Positions 10,411 through 19,871 of a stretch of DNA of 64,000 nt are shown piece after piece. Made by a program: the position numbers and the translations under genes. Source of the DNA: Longimicrobiales bacterium (lineage in GTDB: Bacteria; Gemmatimonadota; Gemmatimonadetes; Longimicrobiales; Gaopeijiaceae); the NCBI GenBank assembly GCA_965202985.1, contig CBDBCF010000001.1, forward strand, positions 1,984,001-2,048,000, read 5' to 3'. Positions within the stretch are counted from its first letter, which is position 1. Every line of letters begins with the position of its first letter. The notes beneath the pieces were generated by a model that had not been told where the DNA came from, did not search any database, and saw nothing but the letters and a program-made list of their open reading frames with translations.

Positions 10411-11191
10411 CGCCGGCGCGACCGCGAGCGCCAGCGCGACCGAGCCCGGTGCCGCCCGCCGCCCGGTCGTCGAGCCGTCCAGCGACCGGCCGAGCGCCGC
10501 CCAACAACGCCGGTCGGCCTACCGCCTGCTGCAGATCTCCGATTCGGCCTTCCCCAGGGGCTCGTTCGCCCATTCCCTGGGACTGGAGACCTACGTGGCC
10601 GAAGGCGTCGTCGAAGACGGCAAGTCCTTGCAGGAGTTCGCGGAGAGCGTGCTGCTGAACAGCGCGGGACCACTCGAAGGCGTGTACTTGCGCGAAGCCT
10701 ACCGGTGCACCGACGCGGGCGACTTCGAGCGCCTGCTGCGGCTCGACCGACGGTTGTCCGCGGCCAAGCCCGTGGCCTCCTTGCGCAAGGCCAGCCGAAC
10801 CGTGGGCAGGCAGTTCCTGCGCACGATGACAGGGTACGCCGAGGACGACTTCCTGACCCGATACGAACGCCGCGTTCGCCAAGGAGGTTCCCCCGGCCAC
10901 TATGCGGTGGCGCTGGGCGTCGCCGGCTGCGCGCTGGCACTGGGACTGCGACGGACGCTCGAATCGTTCTTCTACGGCGTGGCGTCGGGCTTGGCTTCGT
11001 CGGCCATCCGATTGGCGCCCTTGGGCCAGACCGAAGGCCAGCGCGTCGTTGCCGCGTGCGAAGAGGCGGTCCGACAGGCGACCGAGACGGCCCTTGCATT
11101 GCCCCTTGAAGACGCATATTCGGTGGGACCCGGACACGAACTCCGGGCCATGACCCATCTCCGGCTGCACACGAGACTCTTCGTTTCATGA
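10400..11191 (+). CDS. ureF: Urease accessory protein UreF; true start unresolved
   Basis: [24 protein letters not shown] lies upstream of first GTG (10595); ends HTRLFVS. Confidence 0.85.
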   Translation: MTTDAGATASASATEPGAARRPVVEPSSDRPSAAQQRRSAYRLLQISDSAFPRGSFAHSLGLETYVAEGVVEDGKSLQEFAESVLLNSAGPLEGVYLREAYRCTDAGDFERLLRLDRRLSAAKPVASLRKASRTVGRQFLRTMTGYAEDDFLTRYERRVRQGGSPGHYAVALGVAGCALALGLRRTLESFFYGVASGLASSAIRLAPLGQTEGQRVVAACEEAVRQATETALALPLEDAYSVGPGHELRAMTHLRLHTRLFVS

Positions 11192-11811
11192 GCGAGGCAA
11201 CGATGAACGAACCCGTCAAGATTGGCGTCGGCGGCCCCGTCGGCACGGGCAAGACCGCCCTGGTGGACCTGCTTTGCAAGCGCCTCCGCGACAAGTACGC
11301 CATCGCCGTCGTCACCAACGACATCTACACCAAGGAAGACGCCGAGTTCCTGGTGCGCAGCGGCGCCTTGGCCCCCGAACGGATCACCGGCGTCGAGACC
11401 GGCGGGTGTCCCCACACGGCGATCCGCGAGGACATCTCCGTCAACCGCGACGCCATGGAGCAACTGATTCTGCGCTTCGCTCCCCTGGACATCCTCTTCG
11501 TGGAGAGCGGCGGCGACAACTTGGCCGCCACGTTCAGCCCCGAGCTTGTGGACGCCTCGATCTACGTCATCGACGTGTCGGCGGGGGACAAGATTCCGCG
11601 CAAGGGAGGCCCCGGAATCACCCGATCCGAACTGTTGCTGATCAACAAGACCGACCTGGCCCCGCTCGTTGGCGCCAGCCTGCCGGTCATGGAGCGCGAC
11701 GCCAAGAAGATGCGCGGCGACAAGCCGTTCCTCTTCACCAACCTGAAGACCGAGTTCGGCGTCGAGGACGTCATCGACTGGATCGAGTCGGAGCTCCTGT
11801 TCGTGCAGTGA
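11188..11811 (+). CDS. ureG: Urease accessory GTPase
   Basis: [26 protein letters not shown]. Confidence 0.98.
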   Translation: MSEATMNEPVKIGVGGPVGTGKTALVDLLCKRLRDKYAIAVVTNDIYTKEDAEFLVRSGALAPERITGVETGGCPHTAIREDISVNRDAMEQLILRFAPLDILFVESGGDNLAATFSPELVDASIYVIDVSAGDKIPRKGGPGITRSELLLINKTDLAPLVGASLPVMERDAKKMRGDKPFLFTNLKTEFGVEDVIDWIESELLFVQ

Positions 11812-12743
11812 GCGTTCGGGGCCGGGCGGTCCCCAGCGCCGACGCAGTGCCGGACGCCGAAGCAATTCCCGGCGCCGCGCGCGCCTCGGACGCCGCGATA
11901 GTGCCCGCCCGCGTGGGCCGCCACGGCATCGCCTATTGCGACTTCGAGCGGACGCGAGGCCGCACCGTCTTGCGCGACGACTACTCCCGCGTGCCCTTGC
12001 AGGTCGTGCGGCCGCTATACCCGGAAGGCCTCGACGGCCCGGCCCATCTGACGCTGGTCAACCCCACCGGCGGTCACGTGGGCGGAGACCGCCTGGACGC
12101 GAACGTCCGGCTTGGCAGGAACGCGCACGTGCTGTGGACCACCCAGGGTGCCACGAAGGTGTACCGCAGCCTAGGCGACCCCGTGGTCTCGACGATGGCC
12201 GTGCAGATGGCCCCCGGCGCCGTTCTCGAGGTCGTGCCTGACCCCGTGATTCCCTACAAGGGCGCGCTGTATCGACAAGAGATCGACGTGCACATGCAAG
12301 AAGACGCCCGCCTTCTGTGCGGCGAGATCTTGTACCCGGGTCGTGTGGCCGCCGGCGAGTTCTTCGACTATGCGGAAGTCGCGTTGCGCTTCCGAGTCCG
12401 TCTGGACGACGCGCCGCTGTTGAACGACGCCATGGTGGTTCGTCCGTCCGACCGCTTCCCGGACCGGCTCGGCATGTTCGAACCGCACCCCTACTTGGGT
12501 TCGTTCTACGTCTTGGGAGGCGACCCGCAAACGCTGGCGGCGGTGGTGGCGGCGGCCGAAGAAGCCTTTCGCAACGGCTCGGTGGGCGTCGGCGGCGGAG
12601 CAACGCTGCTGGAGGGCCCCGGCGTCATGATCCGCTGGCTGGCGCGCACGCCCGTCCTTGCCAAGCGAACCTTCGACCGCGTGTGGGGCGTGGCCCGCCG
12701 GATGCACCTGGGTCGCCCCGCGGTGCGCCTGCGGAAGTACTGA
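11808..12743 (+). CDS. ureD: Urease accessory protein UreD/UreH
   Basis: [32 protein letters not shown]; ends LRKY. Confidence 0.92.
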   Translation: MSVRGRAVPSADAVPDAEAIPGAARASDAAIVPARVGRHGIAYCDFERTRGRTVLRDDYSRVPLQVVRPLYPEGLDGPAHLTLVNPTGGHVGGDRLDANVRLGRNAHVLWTTQGATKVYRSLGDPVVSTMAVQMAPGAVLEVVPDPVIPYKGALYRQEIDVHMQEDARLLCGEILYPGRVAAGEFFDYAEVALRFRVRLDDAPLLNDAMVVRPSDRFPDRLGMFEPHPYLGSFYVLGGDPQTLAAVVAAAEEAFRNGSVGVGGGATLLEGPGVMIRWLARTPVLAKRTFDRVWGVARRMHLGRPAVRLRKY

Positions 12744-12755
12744 TCGAAGGCCGCG

Positions 12756-13598
12756 TCACTCGTTCCGCCCTGCCGTGCCGTCGCCTGCGGGCGCCTGCCA
12801 GATGCGGCGCAGGTAGCGCTCGGGCGCTTGCAGGAAGTCCTTCAGAAGCTTGACCGAATCCAGGTCCTCGTAGGAGACGCGGGCCAGGGGCGACGAATCG
12901 AAGCTGTATAGCGTGGCGTCGGGCACGGCCATGATTACCGGCGAGTGCGTGGCGACGACGAACTGGCCTCCCTGTCCGACCATGTCGCTCATCATCGACA
13001 CGAACCCCAGCTGGCTCTGGGGCGACAGGGCCGCCTCCGGCTCGTCCAGCAGGTAGAGGCCGCCGGGCACGAATCGCGACTGGAAGAGGCGCAGGAAGCT
13101 CTCGCCGTGCGAGCGGGCGTCCAGGTCGCGGCCGTAACGGGCCTCCATGGCGGCGATTGATCCGGCGGCTGGACCCCGCGCCAGCACTCTCGCAAGCTCG
13201 GAGCGGTCCTTGTAGTCGCGCTCCACCTGGGCGATGCGCTCCTCCATCTCCTTGCGCATGACTCGCAGCCGGCGGGCGAAGCCGAAGAAGTCCTCGGCGC
13301 GCAGGAAGAAGCCTCGGTGCGACCGCTTGCCCCAAACGGCCGTCAGCGTGCGCGCCAACCGTCGCTGTTGCGCCAGCGAGCCGTCGTCCGCCGCCTCGGC
13401 CCGGCCCACCGTGGGCAGGTTCGCCGTCAGCGCCAACGCCTCCAAGAGGGTGGACTTGCCCGAACCGTTCTCGCCCACGAAGACGGTGACCGGTCCCGGA
13501 AAGCGCACCTCCGCCAGTCCCGCCAGCGCCGGCACGTCGAAGGGGAACGCATCCTCTTCGCCGACCGGAGGCGTCCCCAGCCGGATCGCCTTCAGCAT
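12756..13598 (-). CDS. Predicted ABC-type ATPase (COG3910-like)
   Basis: VGENGSGKST, GFFLRAE, RSHGESF, LLDEPEAALSP, ATHSP. Confidence 0.88.
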   Translation of the reverse strand: MLKAIRLGTPPVGEEDAFPFDVPALAGLAEVRFPGPVTVFVGENGSGKSTLLEALALTANLPTVGRAEAADDGSLAQQRRLARTLTAVWGKRSHRGFFLRAEDFFGFARRLRVMRKEMEERIAQVERDYKDRSELARVLARGPAAGSIAAMEARYGRDLDARSHGESFLRLFQSRFVPGGLYLLDEPEAALSPQSQLGFVSMMSDMVGQGGQFVVATHSPVIMAVPDATLYSFDSSPLARVSYEDLDSVKLLKDFLQAPERYLRRIWQAPAGDGTAGRNE

Positions 13599-13784
13599 CC
13601 CCGTGCCGCCGCGGTGCGCCTTGCCCCGGAAGCCTGCATGTCCGCCCCCAGCGCGCCCGCCCCCCGCACCTCCGCCTTGCGTTTCGGCACTTCGCTTGCC
13701 GCCTTGATTTCGGTTGCGCCCTGTTGCCGCCGCCCGCCAGACCCCACAATAGGAACCCGGATCGACATCTGCGACACCCCCGCC

Positions 13785-13842
13785 CCAGTGGACGACATCC
13801 ATTCCAGTGGACGACGCCCAGCCCCGGACGACGCCCAGCCCC
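13785..13842 (+). repeat. Short direct repeats upstream of S9 peptidase
   Basis: CCAGTGGACGAC at 13785 and 13804; GGACGACGCCCAGCCCC tandem at 13809 and 13826. Confidence 0.7.
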
Positions 13843-13858
13843 AGCAAGGAGCCCCGCC

Positions 13859-16021
13859 ATGACCCGCCCGCGCTTCGACCTCGCCCTTCGCCGCCCCTTC
13901 GCCGCCCGGCGTCGCGTTGGCGGCGTCCACCGCGCATCGGCCGCCGGTTTGTTCGCCTTGGCCGCCGTCGCCTCGGCCGTCGTCGTCGCCACCGCTGTTC
14001 GTCCGGCCCCGGCCCAAGCCCAAGCCGACGCTTCGCCCGCCGCCGCAGAGGAGCCCGCCCCTGCCTGGGACCGCTGGACGCCCGCGCTCAGCATGCGCTA
14101 TCCGCAGCTCTCGGCCGTGGCCGTGTCTCCCTCGGGCGACCGCGTCGCCTACGTGGTGCGGAAGCCGCTCATGGAGGGCGAGCAGTCCGAGTACCTGAGC
14201 CACGTCTGGGTAGCGCCCGCGGACGGCAGCGGCGAGCCCGTCCAGTTCACCCGGGGGGACAAGTCCGCCTCCAATCCGGCGTTCCGCCCCGGCGGAGACT
14301 GGCTGGCGTTCACCACGGCCCGTTCGGGCAAGAACCAAGTCTGGGCCATCTCGATGGCAGGCGGAGAGGCGCGGCAGCTCACCGACGCCAAGGCGGGCGT
14401 GGGGTCCTACCGCTGGTCGCCCGACGGCAGCGCCGTGGCCTTCGTCATGCGCGACCCGCCGACCGACGAAGAGGAGAAGGCGAAGAAGGAGAAGCGCGAC
14501 GTGATCCTGGTGGACCAGAACTTCAAGAACGGACACCTGTACACGACGCCGTTCGACCCCGCCGCCACCGAGCCAGCGGAAGCCGCGCGCGTCACCGAGG
14601 GCGACTTCCACGTGACCGGCTTCGACTGGAGTCCCGACGGAGCGCACCTCGTCTTCGCGCACCAGGCCGACCCCCGGATCAACACGGGCCGTCTGTCGGG
14701 CGACATCTCCGTGGTGGCGACCTCCGGCGGCGTCCATCGCCCGCTGGTGACCGGCGCCGGCGTCGAATCGTCCCCGCGCTGGTCCCCCGACGGCTCGCTG
14801 ATCGCCTACGTCTCGACAGGAGAGCAGCCCGAGCCGATCGGCCTGGGAGACGTGTACGTGGCGGACCCGGAGACGGGCCGCTCCCGGCGCTTGGCCGAAA
14901 CGCCCAACCGCAGCGCCTCGATCCTGGGCTGGTCCGCCGAGTCCGACGCACTGTTCCTCAACGAGCTGCTGGGCACGACCCGTCACGTGGTCGCGGTGCC
15001 CGTGGACCCGACCGCATCGAACTCCGGCGACATCCGGCACCTGACGAGCGGCGCCGGCGTCGTGGGCGGTGCGGCGGTTGCGCCCGGCGCCGGCGTCCTG
15101 GCGTTTGCCTGGGAAACCACCGACGAGCCACGCGAACTGCACGTCTCCCCGCTGGACGACTTCCGTCCGACGCGGATCACCCAGGTCGCCGACGGCGTGC
15201 CGCGCCCGTCCATGGGCCGCACCGAGCTCCTGTCCTGGAACGCCCCCGACGGCACTCCCGTGGAAGGGCTGCTTACCTACCCCGTGGACTACGAGGACGG
15301 CGCCCGCGTGCCCCTGGTTCTGAACGTGCACGGCGGCCCGGCCGGCGTATTCAGCCAGTCGTTCACCGGCGCGCCCAGCATCTACATGATCCAGTATTTC
15401 GCGCAGGAGGGGTTTGCGGTTCTGCGGCCCAACCCGCGGGGAAGCACCGGCTACGGCAAGGAATTCCGCTACGCCAACTTCATGGACTGGGGCTACGGCG
15501 ACCTGTCGGACCTGCTGGCCGGCGTGGACCACGTGATCGACATGGGCGTGGCGCACCCCGACAGCCTGCTCCTCATGGGATGGAGCTACGGCGGCTACAT
15601 GACGTCGTTCGCGGTGACGCAGACCGACCGCTTCCAGGCGGCGTCGATGGGCGCGGGCCTTCCCAACCTGGTGAGCATGGTCACCACCACCGACATCGGC
15701 GACTACTTGGCCGGCCACATGGGCGGCGAGTACTTCGACGACTACGAGACCTACGAGAAGCACTCGGCGATCTACCACATCAAGAACACGACGACGCCCA
15801 CCCAGGTGATCCACGGCGCCGAAGACCTGCGCGTCCCCTTCACGCAAGGCCAGGAGTTCTACAACTCGCTTGTGCGCCTGGGCGTGGACACCGAGATGAT
15901 CGTCTACCCACGCACGCCCCACGGCCCCCGAGAGCCCAAGTTCCTCATGGACGTGTCGGAGCGGATCATGACGTGGTTCGACGAGCACCTGCGGAAGGAG
16001 ACGCCCAAGGCGGACCGCTGA
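13859..16021 (+). CDS. Secreted S9 family peptidase with PD40-type propeller
   Basis: Signal peptide, WSPDG repeats, HGGP, GWSYGG, DLRVP, PHG; SD AAGGAG. Confidence 0.93.
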   Translation: MTRPRFDLALRRPFAARRRVGGVHRASAAGLFALAAVASAVVVATAVRPAPAQAQADASPAAAEEPAPAWDRWTPALSMRYPQLSAVAVSPSGDRVAYVVRKPLMEGEQSEYLSHVWVAPADGSGEPVQFTRGDKSASNPAFRPGGDWLAFTTARSGKNQVWAISMAGGEARQLTDAKAGVGSYRWSPDGSAVAFVMRDPPTDEEEKAKKEKRDVILVDQNFKNGHLYTTPFDPAATEPAEAARVTEGDFHVTGFDWSPDGAHLVFAHQADPRINTGRLSGDISVVATSGGVHRPLVTGAGVESSPRWSPDGSLIAYVSTGEQPEPIGLGDVYVADPETGRSRRLAETPNRSASILGWSAESDALFLNELLGTTRHVVAVPVDPTASNSGDIRHLTSGAGVVGGAAVAPGAGVLAFAWETTDEPRELHVSPLDDFRPTRITQVADGVPRPSMGRTELLSWNAPDGTPVEGLLTYPVDYEDGARVPLVLNVHGGPAGVFSQSFTGAPSIYMIQYFAQEGFAVLRPNPRGSTGYGKEFRYANFMDWGYGDLSDLLAGVDHVIDMGVAHPDSLLLMGWSYGGYMTSFAVTQTDRFQAASMGAGLPNLVSMVTTTDIGDYLAGHMGGEYFDDYETYEKHSAIYHIKNTTTPTQVIHGAEDLRVPFTQGQEFYNSLVRLGVDTEMIVYPRTPHGPREPKFLMDVSERIMTWFDEHLRKETPKADR

Positions 16022-16099
16022 GGCTGATCGACGCACGCGGACAACGCAACGTCAGTAGGCGCTGTCGCCGGCGTATTCTTGCCACCGAGGGAGAACTCC

Positions 16100-17578
16100 A
16101 TGGCTGGATCGACAAACAAGGACATCGCGGGCATCGAAGTCGCCGATGTCGGTCCGATCGTCGAGGCCAACGTCGATCTCCGGCCAATCACGGTGTTCGT
16201 AGGGCCAAGCAACACCGGCAAGTCCTACCTGGCGATGTTGATCTATGCGCTCCACCGATTCGCAAGCGATTCTTTGTATTTTCATGGTTTCAGATTTGCT
16301 CATCGCCGCAAACCACTGGGTGACATCCCTTTAGACGGCTTGAGTTCCGTACTGCGGAGCTGGCTGGAGGACGTATGGCTCGCCAAAGGCCGGGACGCGG
16401 GGCGCTTGCCTGCCGAGGTGTCGGCGGTTGTGCGCAGCGTACTGGCCGAGCCCGGACCGTTGGCTGACGCCTTGGGCGAGAGAATAGGATCAAGCCTTGG
16501 TTTTCCCGACCTCAAACGCCTCATCCGACACGACATGCAGGGCCCGGCCACCGTGGCTTGGCATGCCGGTACCGCTGATGCTCCTGTGTCTAGATACGAA
16601 TACACGATCACGCGCAGGGGCAGGCCAAAACTCACAGGCGCAGTGCCCGACGAGATCGATCTACGGATCCCCCCGCGTCGGATTGGCAGATCACCGTGGT
16701 TGTTGCGTCGGCGCGCGGGTGCGGAAGACTTGCGCGAATCCGACCTTCGCCTGCTACTGGCTGACATTGCCGACATGGCCTTCCACTCCACCACTGGTCA
16801 GTTCAACCAACGTGCGCACTACCTGCCGGCTGACCGCACCGGAATCATGCACGCCCACAGTGTGGTTGTCCGCTCGTTGATCGGACAGGCCTCGCACGCC
16901 GGGATTCGTCGCCAGGTCGAACTGCCAATGTTGTCGGGCGTCTTGGCCGATTTTCTCGAAAAACTGATTGATCTTCCCGAGGCTAGGTCGCGGTACGGAA
17001 AGATTGTCGAAGTGATGGAATCCGACCTCCTGGGGGGATCAGTAGAGAGCACGAAGTCCGACGCCGGCTATCCGTCGTTCTCCTACTTGCCCTCTGGATG
17101 GACGAACGGACTTCCGCTGATGAATGCGTCGTCGATGGTGTCGGAGCTCGCTCCAGTGGCGCTGTATCTTCGCCATGTGGTCAGATCTGGGGAATTGCTG
17201 ATAATCGAAGAGCCCGAGTCTCATCTGCACCCGGCGATGCAGGTTCTCCTTGCTCAATTCTTGGCCAGAGTCGCGAAGAGCGGATTGCGGCTGCTTGTGA
17301 CGACGCACAGCGAAACGTTCTTGGAGGCGCTGAGCAACGTGATCGTTTTGGATAGCGTCCCGGTGGCAGAGAGGACTGAAATTTCAGGCAACGACTCCAC
17401 CATGCCGCAAGAAGACGTCGGTGTTTGGCTATTTCATCACAACGCCGACACGCCGGGATCGCGCGTCAAGGAGATCAAGCTGAATATGGAATCTGGAACA
17501 TTTCCGACGCAGTTCGAAGTGGTAAACAAAGCCCTCTACGACGATTGGGCGATGGCCTTGGAGCGGAGTAATGGATGA
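16100..17578 (+). CDS. ABC-type ATPase (AAA_15/AAA_21-like), putative defence sensor
   Basis: GPSNTGKS, YLPADRTG, ASSMVSELAP, IIEEPESHLHP, TTHS; lower GC than flanks. Confidence 0.85.
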   Translation: MAGSTNKDIAGIEVADVGPIVEANVDLRPITVFVGPSNTGKSYLAMLIYALHRFASDSLYFHGFRFAHRRKPLGDIPLDGLSSVLRSWLEDVWLAKGRDAGRLPAEVSAVVRSVLAEPGPLADALGERIGSSLGFPDLKRLIRHDMQGPATVAWHAGTADAPVSRYEYTITRRGRPKLTGAVPDEIDLRIPPRRIGRSPWLLRRRAGAEDLRESDLRLLLADIADMAFHSTTGQFNQRAHYLPADRTGIMHAHSVVVRSLIGQASHAGIRRQVELPMLSGVLADFLEKLIDLPEARSRYGKIVEVMESDLLGGSVESTKSDAGYPSFSYLPSGWTNGLPLMNASSMVSELAPVALYLRHVVRSGELLIIEEPESHLHPAMQVLLAQFLARVAKSGLRLLVTTHSETFLEALSNVIVLDSVPVAERTEISGNDSTMPQEDVGVWLFHHNADTPGSRVKEIKLNMESGTFPTQFEVVNKALYDDWAMALERSNG

Positions 17579-18107
17579 TACGACCATGAATTCAGTCCGG
17601 GAAAGCATTTTGGCGAAGATTGAACATCGTTGGTTGACGAAAACGTGTCAAAGCGGCGGCGGGTGTTCGGTTGACATGGACAATGCGCCCGAACCATTCG
17701 ATATGATCAACGTCGATCGGTTTACGCCAAGAGAGCTGGACAACATGAGTGACCAGCGAAAGCGTTGCGACTATCTGTACATGTGCACGCAGGTCGGCGG
17801 TGTCGACGTGATAATTGTTCCTATTGAATTGAAGGGAGGCGCCTTCCGGCCGGCTGATGTCGTGCAACAACTGCAGGGAGGGGCTGATGTGGCGAACGCC
17901 ATCGCTCCGGCCGATGTGTCTTTCTGGTTTGTCCCTGTACTGGCATCCCCTTCCCCTCGTCGGCGTCATGTCTGGCGGCAGTTGCGAAGCCCAGTCGTCT
18001 TTCGTGGCGAGTCCTGTGCGATAACGGCGATACAATGCGGCGAACGGCTCACGACCGCGCTGGAGGCGGCAAGGAAACGAGGTGTGAGAGGAAGCGCGGA
18101 ACACTAA
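17571..18107 (+). CDS. Hypothetical protein, putative PD-(D/E)xK nuclease fold
   Basis: KRCDYL..IELKGG; 8-nt overlap with ATPase stop. Confidence 0.65.
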   Translation: MDDTTMNSVRESILAKIEHRWLTKTCQSGGGCSVDMDNAPEPFDMINVDRFTPRELDNMSDQRKRCDYLYMCTQVGGVDVIIVPIELKGGAFRPADVVQQLQGGADVANAIAPADVSFWFVPVLASPSPRRRHVWRQLRSPVVFRGESCAITAIQCGERLTTALEAARKRGVRGSAEH

Positions 18108-18159
18108 CGCGGTCAGGTGCTCCTGCTGCAGGTTGGTACATCCGTCCTAGGCCAGTTGG

Positions 18160-18234
18160 CGAAGATGCGCATTCCAGGAACAGCTCGACGGCCTCCTTGA
18201 GGTTGTCGCGAGCTTCCTGAATGGTGTGTCATTG
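18160..18234 (-). pseudogene. HicB-like antitoxin remnant
   Basis: Q*HTIQEARDNLKEAVELFLECAS resembles the HicB QG.T.EEA..NL.EA.EL motif with Gly-to-stop. Confidence 0.6.
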
Positions 18235-18363
18235 TGTAGTTTCTTGGGCAATCTCAGCACTTTCTTGGGCGGTCTCGGTCGAACTCGCACCGTCTCGGGC
18301 AACGGCGTCCTCTGGGGCGACGCCGAAGCCCGAGCGTCATGTCGTCCCAGGCCCGCCTCTGGA

Positions 18364-19725
18364 TCACGCGCAGGCGTCCCGGTTCTGCTCCAGCCATTCC
18401 AGCAGTGCTTCTGCCGCCCACTGGTGGCCCTGGGTGCTCCAGTGGTAGTCGTGAGCCCAGTGCGCGTCCCGAATGCGGCCGTTCTGGCGCGCGATGTAGG
18501 CGTACTGGTCGACTACGGGAATGTCTCGTGCGGATGCAAGGGCGTGCATGTGGTCGAACTTCAAGTCTTCACGCGCATTACGGTGGGTAGAAAGCATCAA
18601 CAGGACGAAGTTGTCGCGCTCGGCACGGGTCTTCCATTCGTCCAACGCGAATCCCGTGTAATCCAGAGCTTCCTGGGTGGCCTCCGACAAGCGGGCGTCG
18701 TTGAAGGGCTTCACGAACGAGATCGAAAGCCGTGGGTCCCGTGCGCTCCTTTTGGCTTCAACAGTGCGTTGGTTCGCAATCACTTGGACTTTGGCGTCCA
18801 AGAACAGGGCGAAGTGCGAGGTTGATCTGGCAATCCTTCTGACGGCTGCGAGAAGAGGACGCTTTGGGTGAGGCATGGGCATGTTGCGATATGCCCCCGG
18901 ATCGGGGGGATGCATCAAGAAAGCGCCGTCGGCGTTTCGCCGGGCCGATGTCCAGGGCAACCCATCCGGGCCGTACCCAATTCTCACTCCCTTGAGGACA
19001 GGGTGGTTGTCGAAGAAGTCGTTGCCATAGAAAACGAGCACGACGACGCGCGGCGAAATCCTGGAGACGAACTCGTCGTAGTAGCCGAGTTGATGGATCT
19101 GTCCGGTGCCCGTATGGCCAAAGGCGGAGGTTGCGACGCGCAACGCGGGCAGACGTTCGCGAGCCATGTCTTCCAACCGCACATGCAACTTGTCCGCAAT
19201 GGGGACTTGCTCGGCGGCCACAAACGAGTCGCCGACGACGGCCACGCGGCACGACGCATTATCATTAGAAGTAGTGATGCCGTCTAGGGGGAGGGGGGGG
19301 CGATCAAGAAAGCCCCAGCGGTTGACCCGGGTAACGTTCCAGTAATCGAGTATGTTGGTGTGGTGGATCTCCGATCCCGGCACCAGAAGACGTCCTGCCC
19401 TGGGATGGATGTAGCTCTTTCCGACCTGGATCTGCCCGACCGGGGTCTCGAAATCCTCGATGAGCCTCTTGTACACCTGGGCGTCCACCGACCCAACGGA
19501 ACGGAGCCCGACCCTGCTCCGGGCCCAGCCCTCGGCCGCAAGCGCGACGACCACCAGCCCGACCAGAGTCCAGGCCGCGTTGATCGCGGCGACCCGCGCC
19601 CGACCACGAAGCCTCGGCCTACTACCCCTGCCTGCACGCCCGATGGTACGGAGTCCCTCGTCGCCGTGACTGCCCCCCTCCACATAACCCACCGGGCTGC
19701 GCTTCGCCGGCCTGCCCTTCGCCAT
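18364..19725 (-). CDS. Membrane-anchored SGNH/GDSL hydrolase or acetyltransferase
   Basis: N-terminal TM, VGDSF, YGNDF, DYHWS; SD GGAGG. Confidence 0.8.
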   Translation of the reverse strand: MAKGRPAKRSPVGYVEGGSHGDEGLRTIGRAGRGSRPRLRGRARVAAINAAWTLVGLVVVALAAEGWARSRVGLRSVGSVDAQVYKRLIEDFETPVGQIQVGKSYIHPRAGRLLVPGSEIHHTNILDYWNVTRVNRWGFLDRPPLPLDGITTSNDNASCRVAVVGDSFVAAEQVPIADKLHVRLEDMARERLPALRVATSAFGHTGTGQIHQLGYYDEFVSRISPRVVVLVFYGNDFFDNHPVLKGVRIGYGPDGLPWTSARRNADGAFLMHPPDPGAYRNMPMPHPKRPLLAAVRRIARSTSHFALFLDAKVQVIANQRTVEAKRSARDPRLSISFVKPFNDARLSEATQEALDYTGFALDEWKTRAERDNFVLLMLSTHRNAREDLKFDHMHALASARDIPVVDQYAYIARQNGRIRDAHWAHDYHWSTQGHQWAAEALLEWLEQNRDACA

Positions 19726-19871
19726 CGCCTTCCTCCGTCAAAAGAAACCGTCAATGATCGCCGTCAGTGTTCTCGACACCCCTCTGGCCTCCTTGGCGCT
19801 CAGTTTCCAGGCTGACACGCACGTCAACGTACCTTGTAGCGCCTGCTGAGTCAACGTCAGCTTCCAGGCCG

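Noticed and set aside
18100..18155. Integron attC site after the nuclease-like gene
   Set aside because: No complementary RYYYAAC/GTTRRRY pair or internal dyad; no integrase
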